32,000 nucleotides of DNA from Ruminococcus albus 7 = DSM 20455 (GCF_000179635.2 NC_014833.1:900001-932000), one strand, 5' to 3'. Shown: positions 17,296 through 25,456, counted from the first letter of the stretch. Program-made: numbers and translations. The notes: generated by a model not told the origin, from the sequence alone.

Positions 17296-18081
17296 ATGAG
17301 TGCAAATTACAAGAATTGGGTACCAAACGTAATGATAACGGCATTTACCGCAGGAACAGCGATTTTAGGTGCAGGAACAGCAGCACTGATGTGTACAGAT
17401 CTGAATACGGATCTTAAAAAGGCGCTTGTCGGAACAGCTGGTGCAGGCACACTTATCTGCGGTGCGATGACAGCCTGGAGTGTTTATGCACACGGAAAGT
17501 TTTCTTATGACGGCAAACGGCAGCTTTCAAAGGATATCGTTGAGGGAACTGCTGAATATTTCACTTTGCCCGAAGGCGGTATCGGACTGGATGTCGGCTG
17601 CGGAAGCGGTGCGCTTACTATTGCGTGTGCTAAGCGGAACCCACAGGGCAGAATGGTAGGAATTGACCGCTGGGGCAAGGAATATGCGTCGTTCAGTAAA
17701 CATCTCTGTGAGGAAAATTCAGATGCAGAGGGCGTTCAGAATACGGAATTTCATCAGGGCGATGCCTGCAAACTGGATTATCCCGATGAATATTTTGATG
17801 CAGTTACAAGCAATTATGTTTATCATAACATCTCAGGTGTAAATAAGCAGGAACTTCTGCGAGAAACTCTTCGTGTGCTGAAAAAAGGCGGCACATTTGC
17901 TATTCACGATATTATGACAAAGGCTCGTTACGGCAATATGCAGCAGTTTATCAGCGAACTGTATGACGAGGGCTATGATAAAGTGACGCTGATCGACACT
18001 ACAAACGGTATGTTCATGACAAAAGCTGAAGCAGTTCTGCTCGGACTGAGCGGTTCATCATTGCTTGTAGGCAGAAAATGA
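17296..18081 (+). CDS. Class I SAM-dependent methyltransferase with two N-terminal TM helices
   Basis: ATG at 17296 with AAAGGAG 8 nt upstream. Motif I is GLDVGCGSGALT; post-I and later motifs are MVGIDRW, GDACKL and LKKGGTFAIHD. Confidence 0.88.
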   Translation: MSANYKNWVPNVMITAFTAGTAILGAGTAALMCTDLNTDLKKALVGTAGAGTLICGAMTAWSVYAHGKFSYDGKRQLSKDIVEGTAEYFTLPEGGIGLDVGCGSGALTIACAKRNPQGRMVGIDRWGKEYASFSKHLCEENSDAEGVQNTEFHQGDACKLDYPDEYFDAVTSNYVYHNISGVNKQELLRETLRVLKKGGTFAIHDIMTKARYGNMQQFISELYDEGYDKVTLIDTTNGMFMTKAEAVLLGLSGSSLLVGRK

Positions 18082-18231
18082 AAACAGAAATAATATCATT
18101 ACTTTGTCAGGCAAACTTAATGTTCAAATTATCAGAGTAATTATACCACAATACATCCGAAAAAGAACCACATTTTGAGATATCCACCATCAACTATCCG
18201 GAAATCATCCTCACAAAATCCCGGATTTCAC

Positions 18232-18260
18232 TTGATTTAACCAATGAAATATGCTATAAT
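18232..18260 (+). promoter_or_regulatory. Near-consensus sigma-70 promoter
   Basis: TTGATT (18232-18237), 17 nt, TATAAT (18255-18260). Confidence 0.65.
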
Positions 18261-18502
18261 GCAATAAATCATAAGTTTTGAAAATATCTATAGTGCGTTT
18301 GATTTGAGAGCAAAAATGAGTAAGATATCATTTATACTGAAGAATGATATTGATCTGCTTGAAGATGTGCTTTACAGTAAGCTATATTTTTGATAAAACG
18401 CAAATTCGGAAAGAAAGTCGTTCTGAAAGGAACGAACTTTACGGAAGGTAAAACGGCGAAGGAACGCAACTTGCAGATCGTTGGCATAACAGGAGAATTA
18501 CT

Positions 18503-19009
18503 ATGCTATTCATACAGATGATAACGATAAAATATGATAAAGACAGTCGATCAGGCGAAAAAATGCGAAAGATAAACGAAGTGTGTTTTAAAAACATACC
18601 TGATAACGATGATATAGTCCTTGACGGAAATGAGTATTATCTTCACGATAACCGTATCAGGAAAGTAAAAGTGTTCCCGTATTCAAGTCATTTCAAAGTA
18701 AGTGAAAGAGTGTACATTGATAAAGATGGCGAAAACTATATCATCTTCTATTCTCCTTATACAACACATACCGGTGACAGGCATTTCAAATCTGTTATGA
18801 CACTTAAAGACGGTGAATACGGAAGGATCGTATATAATGAGCGATCAGTCACTTTTGATAGTGAATGGTACTATATCAGAATAACTATAAATCTTTACAA
18901 TGCAGACATATCGAAGCACCGTACAAAGATGTTTTTCCGCAAAGAAGCAGATCATCTGTTTGAGGATATAACATACTTGCGATACTGCGGCGATTATCAT
19001 AAAGTATGA
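18503..19009 (+). CDS. Hypothetical protein (168 aa, beta-rich, Tyr-rich)
   Basis: AGGAG lies 7 nt upstream of the ATG. No motif recognised. The gene is AT-rich by eye compared with the flanks. Confidence 0.65.
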   Translation: MLFIQMITIKYDKDSRSGEKMRKINEVCFKNIPDNDDIVLDGNEYYLHDNRIRKVKVFPYSSHFKVSERVYIDKDGENYIIFYSPYTTHTGDRHFKSVMTLKDGEYGRIVYNERSVTFDSEWYYIRITINLYNADISKHRTKMFFRKEADHLFEDITYLRYCGDYHKV

Positions 19010-19018
19010 GGTGATAAT

Positions 19019-19405
19019 ATGTTTGATTTAGTAACAAGACTGAATGAAGAATGCGGCGTGAGACTCCCTGAAAAAGACGATCAGGATTGGGAGTTCTGTG
19101 CAGGTGATTATACAAGAACAGAGGATTATATTGAGTTTTATAAGAAATACTCTGATGAAATGGATTCCAACAGATGGGGAGATAAGGAATTACTGAGTAA
19201 TATGATCATTCAGGGACTTGATGATATGCTCAGATTTACCAATGATAAAGATTATATAGATAAACTATGGCTTGAAACCAGAAAGATACTGTTAGATGAT
19301 GAACTGTATAATGTTATCGTTTATTGGTCATGCGTAGGACAGCCCGCGGAATATTGTTTTTTAATTACACCAAGAATGCGAGAACTGTTGAGGAAACTGA
19401 TATGA
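19019..19405 (+). CDS. Hypothetical acidic protein (128 aa), immunity-protein-like in size and composition only
   Basis: Starts 10 nt after the previous stop. Helical, acidic and Trp/Tyr-rich. No catalytic motif seen. Confidence 0.7.
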   Translation: MFDLVTRLNEECGVRLPEKDDQDWEFCAGDYTRTEDYIEFYKKYSDEMDSNRWGDKELLSNMIIQGLDDMLRFTNDKDYIDKLWLETRKILLDDELYNVIVYWSCVGQPAEYCFLITPRMRELLRKLI

Positions 19406-19699
19406 ATTTGTATAAGGCAAAGGCATTATAAGCTTCCGGATATTTGTTTTCAGTCACGAAGAATCGAACTTCAAGCCAATTAATACCGATATGATTATCA
19501 CGGAATGTGCGTGGAAGGTACATGACGGACGGCATCCGGATAAAAATATTGGGGAATAATATTATATCGGTGAAAATGACGAGTTAACTGCTACGAATTA
19601 GGATATGAGCATCTGCCTTTGAAAATCTTTTGAAGAAGGAATAAAACGAATATAAAGAATACGACTACCCGATCGAGTATGAAGCAAATATTTAATTAT

Positions 19700-19740
19700 T
19701 CGGTCAGTTTGTGCATTTAAGTGCATAAACTGACCGATTT
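19700..19740 (+). terminator. Long hairpin ending the two-gene cassette
   Basis: TCGGTCAGTTTGTGCA-tttaag-TGCATAAACTGACCGA: a 16-bp stem with one G-U pair, followed by TTT. Confidence 0.5.
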
Positions 19741-19770
19741 CATCAAACAGCCGCTCTTTACAGCGCAATA

Positions 19771-19797
19771 AAGGGGCTGTTGCAGAAACAGCCCCTT
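19771..19797 (-). terminator. Rho-independent terminator of the SH3b gene
   Basis: AAGGGGCTGTT-gcaga-AACAGCCCCTT. On the minus strand it is followed by TTTATT. Confidence 0.75.
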
Positions 19798-19811
19798 GTG
19801 GATCAAATTAT

Positions 19812-20174
19812 TCAATCAAAGTCAAGATAAACTTCAGCGTATTGACCATTGTTGAGGAATATCCATCCTTTATATGTTTTATTCTTGGTTTTGTAGGTTA
19901 CGTAAGCCCAGCCATTGTCTGAAAGCTTAGTGGTAGTTACCCATGTTCCGTATGGGATAGCGGTGATCTTCGCGTAATTAGTACCTGCACCCTTACGCAT
20001 GTTCAAGCCGCTCTTAGCCTTGATATAGGTAGGTGAATTGTAACCGTCCCATACTGTATAGGCAGATGCGGTGATCGGTTCAGAAACAACAAAAGCTGTA
20101 CCTGTGCCTGCAGCTGTTCCGATCATAAGTGCGGCAACTGCTAAACTTACAATTTTTTTCTTGAAATTAACCAT
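19812..20174 (-). CDS. Small secreted bacterial SH3-domain protein
   Basis: Signal peptide MVNFKKKIVSLAVAALMIGTAAG...ASA. SH3b-like core: AKSGLNMRKGAGTNYAKITAIPYGTWVTTTKLSDNGWAYVTY. GAGGAGG lies 7 nt upstream. Confidence 0.85.
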   Translation of the reverse strand: MVNFKKKIVSLAVAALMIGTAAGTGTAFVVSEPITASAYTVWDGYNSPTYIKAKSGLNMRKGAGTNYAKITAIPYGTWVTTTKLSDNGWAYVTYKTKNKTYKGWIFLNNGQYAEVYLDFD

Positions 20175-20244
20175 GAAAATACCTCCTCTTTTTTATATAA
20201 GATTTTACAATTTTATAAAATCTTATATTTTTAGTTACAATCTT

Positions 20245-20273
20245 ATTATAAACTATACTCGGGCAGATGTCAA
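20245..20273 (-). promoter_or_regulatory. Consensus sigma-70 promoter for the SH3b gene
   Basis: On the minus strand: TTGACA (20273-20268), 17 nt, TATAAT (20250-20245). The 5' UTR contains the 13-bp-arm inverted repeat ATATAAGATTTTA/TAAAATCTTATAT (20195-20228). Confidence 0.7.
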
Positions 20274-20292
20274 GAGATAATGTCAATTTTTT

Positions 20293-20341
20293 AAATCATT
20301 TATTGCGGTCTTTCAATGAAGATGAGCGCAATAAATGATTT
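20293..20341. repeat. 15-bp-stem hairpin with a partial third copy at 20695-20706
   Basis: AAATCATTTATTGCG (20293-20307) pairs with CGCAATAAATGATTT (20327-20341) around a 19-nt loop. ATTTATTGCGCT recurs at 20695-20706. Confidence 0.6.
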
Positions 20342-20742
20342 GTTTTATGCATCATAGACAGCCTGCTATAAGCACAGCTTACCGGGTATAAACTCTGAAA
20401 ACGTGCATGATAGTGTGACTTTTGATAGACTATATTACAGATTCTATTCTATTTCTGTAGGTTTCATTTCAGCAAATGTACTTCTATTTTGTCATTCTTT
20501 GGCATGGTCAAGTACGTGAGTAATTGTTTGTTCTGAGACTCTTATTTGTTTTTTTCATAGAACAATTTTGGTTGACGTTTTATGTTAATTCTTTCCAACC
20601 CAAGTCTTGTTTTTCATTGTTCTTCCTTGTGTAAGTATGTGGGTCTCATCCTCATATGTACTTCTTCAATTTAAATTATGTCAAAATTGCACTTATTTAT
20701 TGCGCTTTTTATGTTATATTCACAAAACAGTACATAATTAAC

Positions 20743-20771
20743 TTGACATTATCTTTTTATGATGATATACT
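20743..20771 (+). promoter_or_regulatory. Candidate promoter of the polysaccharide locus, implying a ~335-nt leader
   Basis: TTGACA (20743-20748), 17 nt, TATACT (20766-20771). The first downstream ATG with an RBS is at 21113. Confidence 0.55.
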
Positions 20772-21112
20772 ATTGTATTGTAATGGTGTGTTTATTGTTA
20801 TTTCTTAATTATACTACACTGTTACATTAAATGATGTATTTTACGAAAAATGGTAATTATATAAAATTTAGTATTAAATACTTTGTAAAAATTCAGTTCA
20901 TAGGTTATTATTAGCTTTTGTGATAACTAGTTAAGTTTCATTAACTAGCAATACTTTAAAGATGATTATGAACTGCTGCTATAACAGTAATTTTTTCGTA
21001 TAATTCGGATAATGGCATGATAATCATTATTCCTGAAAAGCAATAAACTACTGAGCCTTTGAACTATATTGGTGAAGAAACATTGAAATAATACTATAGG
21101 GGAAGTATGTAA

Positions 21113-22352
21113 ATGGATTTAAAAGCTTTTGAAAAAAAGATCTGGCTCTCGTCTCCTACCATGCATGGTGATGAGCAAAAATGGGTCGATGATGCGATAG
21201 AGTCCAACTGGGTAAGTACAGTAGGCGCGAACATAAACGAGATTGAAAAGCAGATTGCAGAGTATGTCGGCTGTAAATATGCTGTTGGCCTTTCCTGCGG
21301 AACTGCTTCGCTGCATTTAGCAGTAAAACTTGCAGGTGAAAAGCTCTATGGAATGCCTAAGCCTAATTGCGGAACTCTTCAAGGACATAAAGTATTTTGC
21401 TCTGATATGACTTTTGATGCTACTGTCAATCCTGTCGCTTACGAGGATGGCGAAGCTGTTTTCATCGATACTGAAGCTGACACATGGAACATGGACCCCA
21501 TTGCCCTTGAAAAGGCATTTGAAATCTATCCTGATGTAAAGCTGGTAGTCGTTGCTCACCTTTATGGTACTCCGGGAAAGATCGATGAGATAAAGGCTGT
21601 TTGCGATAAGTACGGTGCGCTGATAGTTGAGGATGCAGCAGAGAGTTTGGGTGCCACTTATAAGGGCAAGCAGACAGGTACTTTTGGTGATTACGGTTGT
21701 ATCTCGTTCAACGGAAATAAGATAATTACAGGTTCTGCAGGCGGAATGTTCCTGACCGACAGCAGAGAAGACGCTGATAAAGTCCGAAAGTGGAGCACTC
21801 AGAGTCGCGAGGACGCTGCCTGGTATCAGCAATATCGTTGCGGGTATTGTCCGTGGTCAGATACCGTATCTTGATGAGCATATAGCTCAGAAAAAAGCTA
21901 TCTACAAACGTTACAAGGAAGGTTTCAAAGGCCTGCCTGTCAGCATGAATCCTTATGACGAAAAGAATAGCGAGCCTAACTTCTGGTTGAGTTGTCTGCT
22001 TATCGACAAAGATGCGATGTGCAAGCAGGTACGTGGTGAACAGAATGTGTTGTATATTCACGAACAAGGCAAGACCTGCCCTACAGAAATTCTTGAAAAT
22101 TTGGCGAATTACAACGCAGAGGGACGTCCAATTTGGAAACCCATGCATATGCAGCCTATCTATCGCAGCAATGCTTTCATTACGGCAAACGGTAATGGCA
22201 GAGCGAGAAGTAATGCCTACATCAAGGAGAATGGTATGTTAGATGTAGGTGCAGATATTTTTGAACGGGGGCTATGTCTGCCGTCCGATAACAAGATGAC
22301 TGCGGAGGAGCAGGGCATTATTATTCAGATCATCAGGAGTTGTTTTGAATGA
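21113..22352 (+). pseudogene. DegT/EpsN/PglE-type sugar aminotransferase disrupted by an internal frameshifting deletion
   Basis: The frame-1 ORF (21113-21874) reads ...KWSTQSREDAAWYQ and then nonsense. The +1 frame from 21828 reads SNIVAGIVRGQIPYLDEHIAQKK... and joins ORF 21945-22352. The roughly 10-aa block expected between WYQ and SN (H-x-E-x-GYNYR-x in family members) is absent. Confidence 0.85.
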
Positions 22353-23191
22353 ACAAGTTTTTGAAGCCTTTTTTCAAAATCGCTGGTTGCATTACAGTTT
22401 TATCTACAATGGTTGCTGGAGTTGCATTTATAGAAGAGCGAATTGAAGAACTAAAAAACTATGGTAAAGAACTCAAGCACAAGACTTACGGAGTTTACGA
22501 AAAATTTATAAAACGTCCGCTAGATTGCTTTTTGAGTACTGGTGCGCTGATCGTTTTTAGTCCGATACTTGCTGTAATAGCATTTCTAGTAAAAACCAAG
22601 CTTGGTTCACCTGTATTATTCACTCAAGAACGTCCAGGCAAAGATGAGAAAATCTTTAAGCTATATAAGTTCAGAACGATGACTGATGCTCGTGATGAAA
22701 ACGGCGAGCTGCTTCCTGATGACATAAGGCTTACAAAGTTTGGAAAGGCGCTTAGGGCAACAAGTCTAGATGAACTTCCTGAGCTTATCAATATTGTTAA
22801 GGGCGATATGGCGGTCGTCGGTCCGAGACCGTTACTTGTCAGAGATATGGTGTTTATGACGCTTGAACAGAGAAAGCGTCATAATGTAACTCCAGGGCTT
22901 ACAGGACTAGCACAGGTCAACGGTAGGAATGACATCCTGTGGGAAGATAAGCTTGTGTATGATGTCAAGTACATAGATGACGGTATTACATTCAAAGGTG
23001 ATGTCAAAATCGTTCTTGATACAGTAATGAAGGTATTTAAGAGTGAGGGAATTACCGAAAGGGATATGGTTACTGCTATGGATTTGGGTGATTATTTGTT
23101 ACATTCAGGTGTAATTAAACAAAATGAATATGAAAAAAAACAGTTGGAAGCAAAAGAACTTATTGGTAAATGTCAAATAGGAGATTTTTGA
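22349..23191 (+). CDS. Undecaprenyl-phosphate sugar phosphotransferase (Bac_transf; PglC/EpsL-like initiating transferase)
   Basis: KRPLDCFLSTGALIVFSPILAVIAFLVKTKLGSPVLFTQERPGKDEKIFKLYKFRTM, DELPELINIVKGDMAVVGPRP and PGLTGLAQV. ATGA overlap with the upstream pseudogene. Confidence 0.9.
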   Translation: MNKFLKPFFKIAGCITVLSTMVAGVAFIEERIEELKNYGKELKHKTYGVYEKFIKRPLDCFLSTGALIVFSPILAVIAFLVKTKLGSPVLFTQERPGKDEKIFKLYKFRTMTDARDENGELLPDDIRLTKFGKALRATSLDELPELINIVKGDMAVVGPRPLLVRDMVFMTLEQRKRHNVTPGLTGLAQVNGRNDILWEDKLVYDVKYIDDGITFKGDVKIVLDTVMKVFKSEGITERDMVTAMDLGDYLLHSGVIKQNEYEKKQLEAKELIGKCQIGDF

Positions 23192-23280
23192 TGGATAATA
23201 ATACAAAATTTTCCGTATCAATGTGTGTTTATGCGGGTGATAATGCTGAATATTTTGATATTGCACTAGTGAAAGATTAA
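23191..23280 (+). pseudogene. 29-codon stub resembling the N-terminus of a family-2 glycosyltransferase
   Basis: MDNNTKFSVSMCVYAGDNAEYFDIALVKD-stop. The F-S-V-x-M-x-V-Y...D-N pattern is the usual start of GT2 enzymes. The ATG overlaps the preceding stop (TGATG), as in an intact operon. Confidence 0.55.
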
Positions 23281-23352
23281 TATTGCAGATTATAATGCCA
23301 AACAAAATAAGAGGTTGGTTTTTCCAAAGATTTGCAAGAAATTAAGGTGGAT

Positions 23353-23775
23353 ATGATGAAAAAATATAAAATCGGATATACTACAGGAGTTTTTGATATG
23401 TTTCATATCGGACATTTAAATATATTAAAAAGAGCTAAAGAACAATGTGAATATTTGATTGTGGGAGTATCAACGGATGAATTGGTTGCTGAGTATAAAC
23501 ATAAAAAACCGATTATTCCGTATGAAGAAAGAAGCGAGATTGTTAATGCAATTAAGTATGTTGACAAGGTGATTCCTCAGACCAGTATGGATAAACTTAT
23601 TGCATGGGAAGAATTGCATTTTGATGCTTTGTTTCATGGAAGTGATTGGAAAGGCTCCAATATGTATGATGAAATTGAAGCGAAATTAAAAACAGTTGGC
23701 TCTGAGATGGTATTTTTACCTCATACAGATGGAACTTCCTCAACTTTACTTTCAGAGAAACTCAATAAAATTTGA
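23353..23775 (+). CDS. tagD: Glycerol-3-phosphate cytidylyltransferase (TagD/TarD family)
   Basis: GYTTGVFDMFHIGHLNIL (HxGH), VGVSTDE, GSDWKG and LPHTDGTSST match the TagD pattern. AAGGTGG precedes the ATG pair at 23353/23356. Confidence 0.85.
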   Translation: MMKKYKIGYTTGVFDMFHIGHLNILKRAKEQCEYLIVGVSTDELVAEYKHKKPIIPYEERSEIVNAIKYVDKVIPQTSMDKLIAWEELHFDALFHGSDWKGSNMYDEIEAKLKTVGSEMVFLPHTDGTSSTLLSEKLNKI

Positions 23776-23785
23776 AGGAGTTAAT

Positions 23786-25132
23786 ATGACAATAGTTGAG
23801 AAAGATAGATGCTGTGGTTGTAGAGCTTGCTTACAAATCTGTCCTAAGAAAGCTATTTCGACGTATGATGACAATTATGGTTTTGAACAAATTGTTATCG
23901 ATGAACAAAAATGTGTTCATTATATTCTTGAAAAGCCTGTCGAACATTATAATGATTCAGAATACCCGGATGAAGTAAAATGGCTTTTTAAATCATTCAG
24001 CTATGGAACTGAGTGTATTAATATCCCCGAGAAAGAACAGTCAATAAGCACCTATGAGGTATTTAACAATCCCAGGCTCGTATCAGACCGTACAAGGATA
24101 CTGATAGCAGCAGATCTGTTCTCTGCGCAGACACAGTACGGATTGGCACTTCTTGAACCGGAAAGCTCTGAATTTATAGATGAACTTGAGCTTGTGACCT
24201 ATCAGCTCAGCTCAGCCGTCAGAACGCTTGATATACTTAAAAACCTGAATGCTATCCTTACCGAAACGAGGCTTGCCCTTGCTATGGCTAATGACTATCA
24301 GTATATATACTGCATTGATACAAAGAACGGCAGTTACATAGAATATCAGCGTGAAAGTGCAGACAAGGATTTTTCGATAAAGAACAAGGGCACAAACTTT
24401 TTCAACGACTGCCAAAAAGCCTGCAGCAGAATAATATACGAAGAAGACCGTGTGCTTTTTCGTGATATGTTCAGTAAAGAGTCATTCATGAAAAAGCTTG
24501 ATGAGGGCGAACTTTTCGGCTTTGATTACAGATACGAAAAGGGAGATGTTCTAAGATTTCATCGTCTTAAAACAATAATTGGCACAGATGAAAACGAAGG
24601 AACTGTGTTTATAGGTGTTACGGATATAGATACTCAAAAGCGCCGAGAGATCGAAATGAAAGAAGCACTATTCAAAGATTCGCTTACAGGTGTAAAGAAC
24701 AAATCTGCATATAGTAATACAGAAAAGAAAATGAATGCTCTTATTAAAGAAAATATATGTGAGGATTTTTCTGTATTCGTTTTTGACCTAAATGATCTGA
24801 AAAAGATAAACGACAATTTCGGGCATGACGAAGGTGATAAATATATACGCTCAGGCTCATCGCTGATATGCAAAACATTCAAACATTCACCCGTTTTCAG
24901 GATAGGCGGAGATGAATTTGCCTGCATTCTGAAAGACAGCGACTACGAAAACAGAGTACAGCTCAAAAAACAAATAAGAGAGCAAATTGAATACAATAAG
25001 CTGCACGGCTGTGTAGTTATTGCTGTCGGCAGTGCAGATTATATACCCAATAAAGACAACTGCCTGCTCGATGTATTCAAAAGAGCAGATAAAGAAATGT
25101 ATGAGGATAAGAGTCGTCTAAAAAACAGTTGA
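23786..25132 (+). CDS. Chimeric protein: 4Fe-4S ferredoxin-motif stub, unknown region, PAS-like segment, GGDEF diguanylate cyclase
   Basis: ATG at 23786 with GAAGGAG 5 nt upstream. The N-terminus CCGCRACLQICP...KCVH stops mid-motif at 23920. The C-terminus has DSLTGVKNKSAY, INDNFGHDEGD and RIGGDEF. Confidence 0.85.
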   Translation: MTIVEKDRCCGCRACLQICPKKAISTYDDNYGFEQIVIDEQKCVHYILEKPVEHYNDSEYPDEVKWLFKSFSYGTECINIPEKEQSISTYEVFNNPRLVSDRTRILIAADLFSAQTQYGLALLEPESSEFIDELELVTYQLSSAVRTLDILKNLNAILTETRLALAMANDYQYIYCIDTKNGSYIEYQRESADKDFSIKNKGTNFFNDCQKACSRIIYEEDRVLFRDMFSKESFMKKLDEGELFGFDYRYEKGDVLRFHRLKTIIGTDENEGTVFIGVTDIDTQKRREIEMKEALFKDSLTGVKNKSAYSNTEKKMNALIKENICEDFSVFVFDLNDLKKINDNFGHDEGDKYIRSGSSLICKTFKHSPVFRIGGDEFACILKDSDYENRVQLKKQIREQIEYNKLHGCVVIAVGSADYIPNKDNCLLDVFKRADKEMYEDKSRLKNS

Positions 25133-25409
25133 TGAGATAATCAAGGATGTCGATGTGCTGCAACACTTTCTCCGCAATCCCTGCGAGGACTATTATTATT
25201 TTTACAGCAGGATGAAAGGCCTGATAAATGAAATAATCTCATGATCTCAGGTTGCCAGAGTGATCCTGCCAATAAAACCAAACTAATATGGCGTGTTGAC
25301 TGAGCATTTGAATAAGTAATAACGTTATATAATTTTCTCTTTTCCCCTGCGGCTGTAAGGCTGCGGGGGTTTATACGCTTACCAAAAACTTTACTTTTTA
25401 AGGATAATG

Positions 25410-25418
25410 TGATATAAT
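25410..25418 (+). promoter_or_regulatory. Extended -10 element upstream of the OmpR-type regulator gene
   Basis: TGaTATAAT lies 39 nt upstream of the ATG. The -35 is weak (TTTACT). Confidence 0.4.
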
Positions 25419-25456
25419 TTTTTCGTGTTGAGATTTAATAAACAGGAGGAAAGTTC

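Noticed and set aside
20540-20630. Two tiny minus-strand ORFs, MKNKTWVGKN and MKKTNKSLRTNNYSRT, inside the ORF-free region.
   Set aside because: They are 10 and 16 codons long, only one has a marginal RBS, and there is no hydrophobic or Cys pattern suggesting a peptide product.
20340-21112. A c-di-GMP or other known riboswitch in the leader of the polysaccharide locus, given the adjacent GGDEF gene.
   Set aside because: I could not find the conserved GEMM-type cores or any other riboswitch core I know. The region is too AT-rich for the usual GC-rich helices. A covariance-model scan is needed before any claim.
25133-25245. A protein-like reading frame after the GGDEF stop: EIIKDVDVLQHFLRNPCEDYYYFYSRMKGLINEIIS-stop.
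   Set aside because: It has no start codon or RBS, is only ~36 codons long, and resembles nothing I recognise. It may be a gene remnant but cannot be supported.
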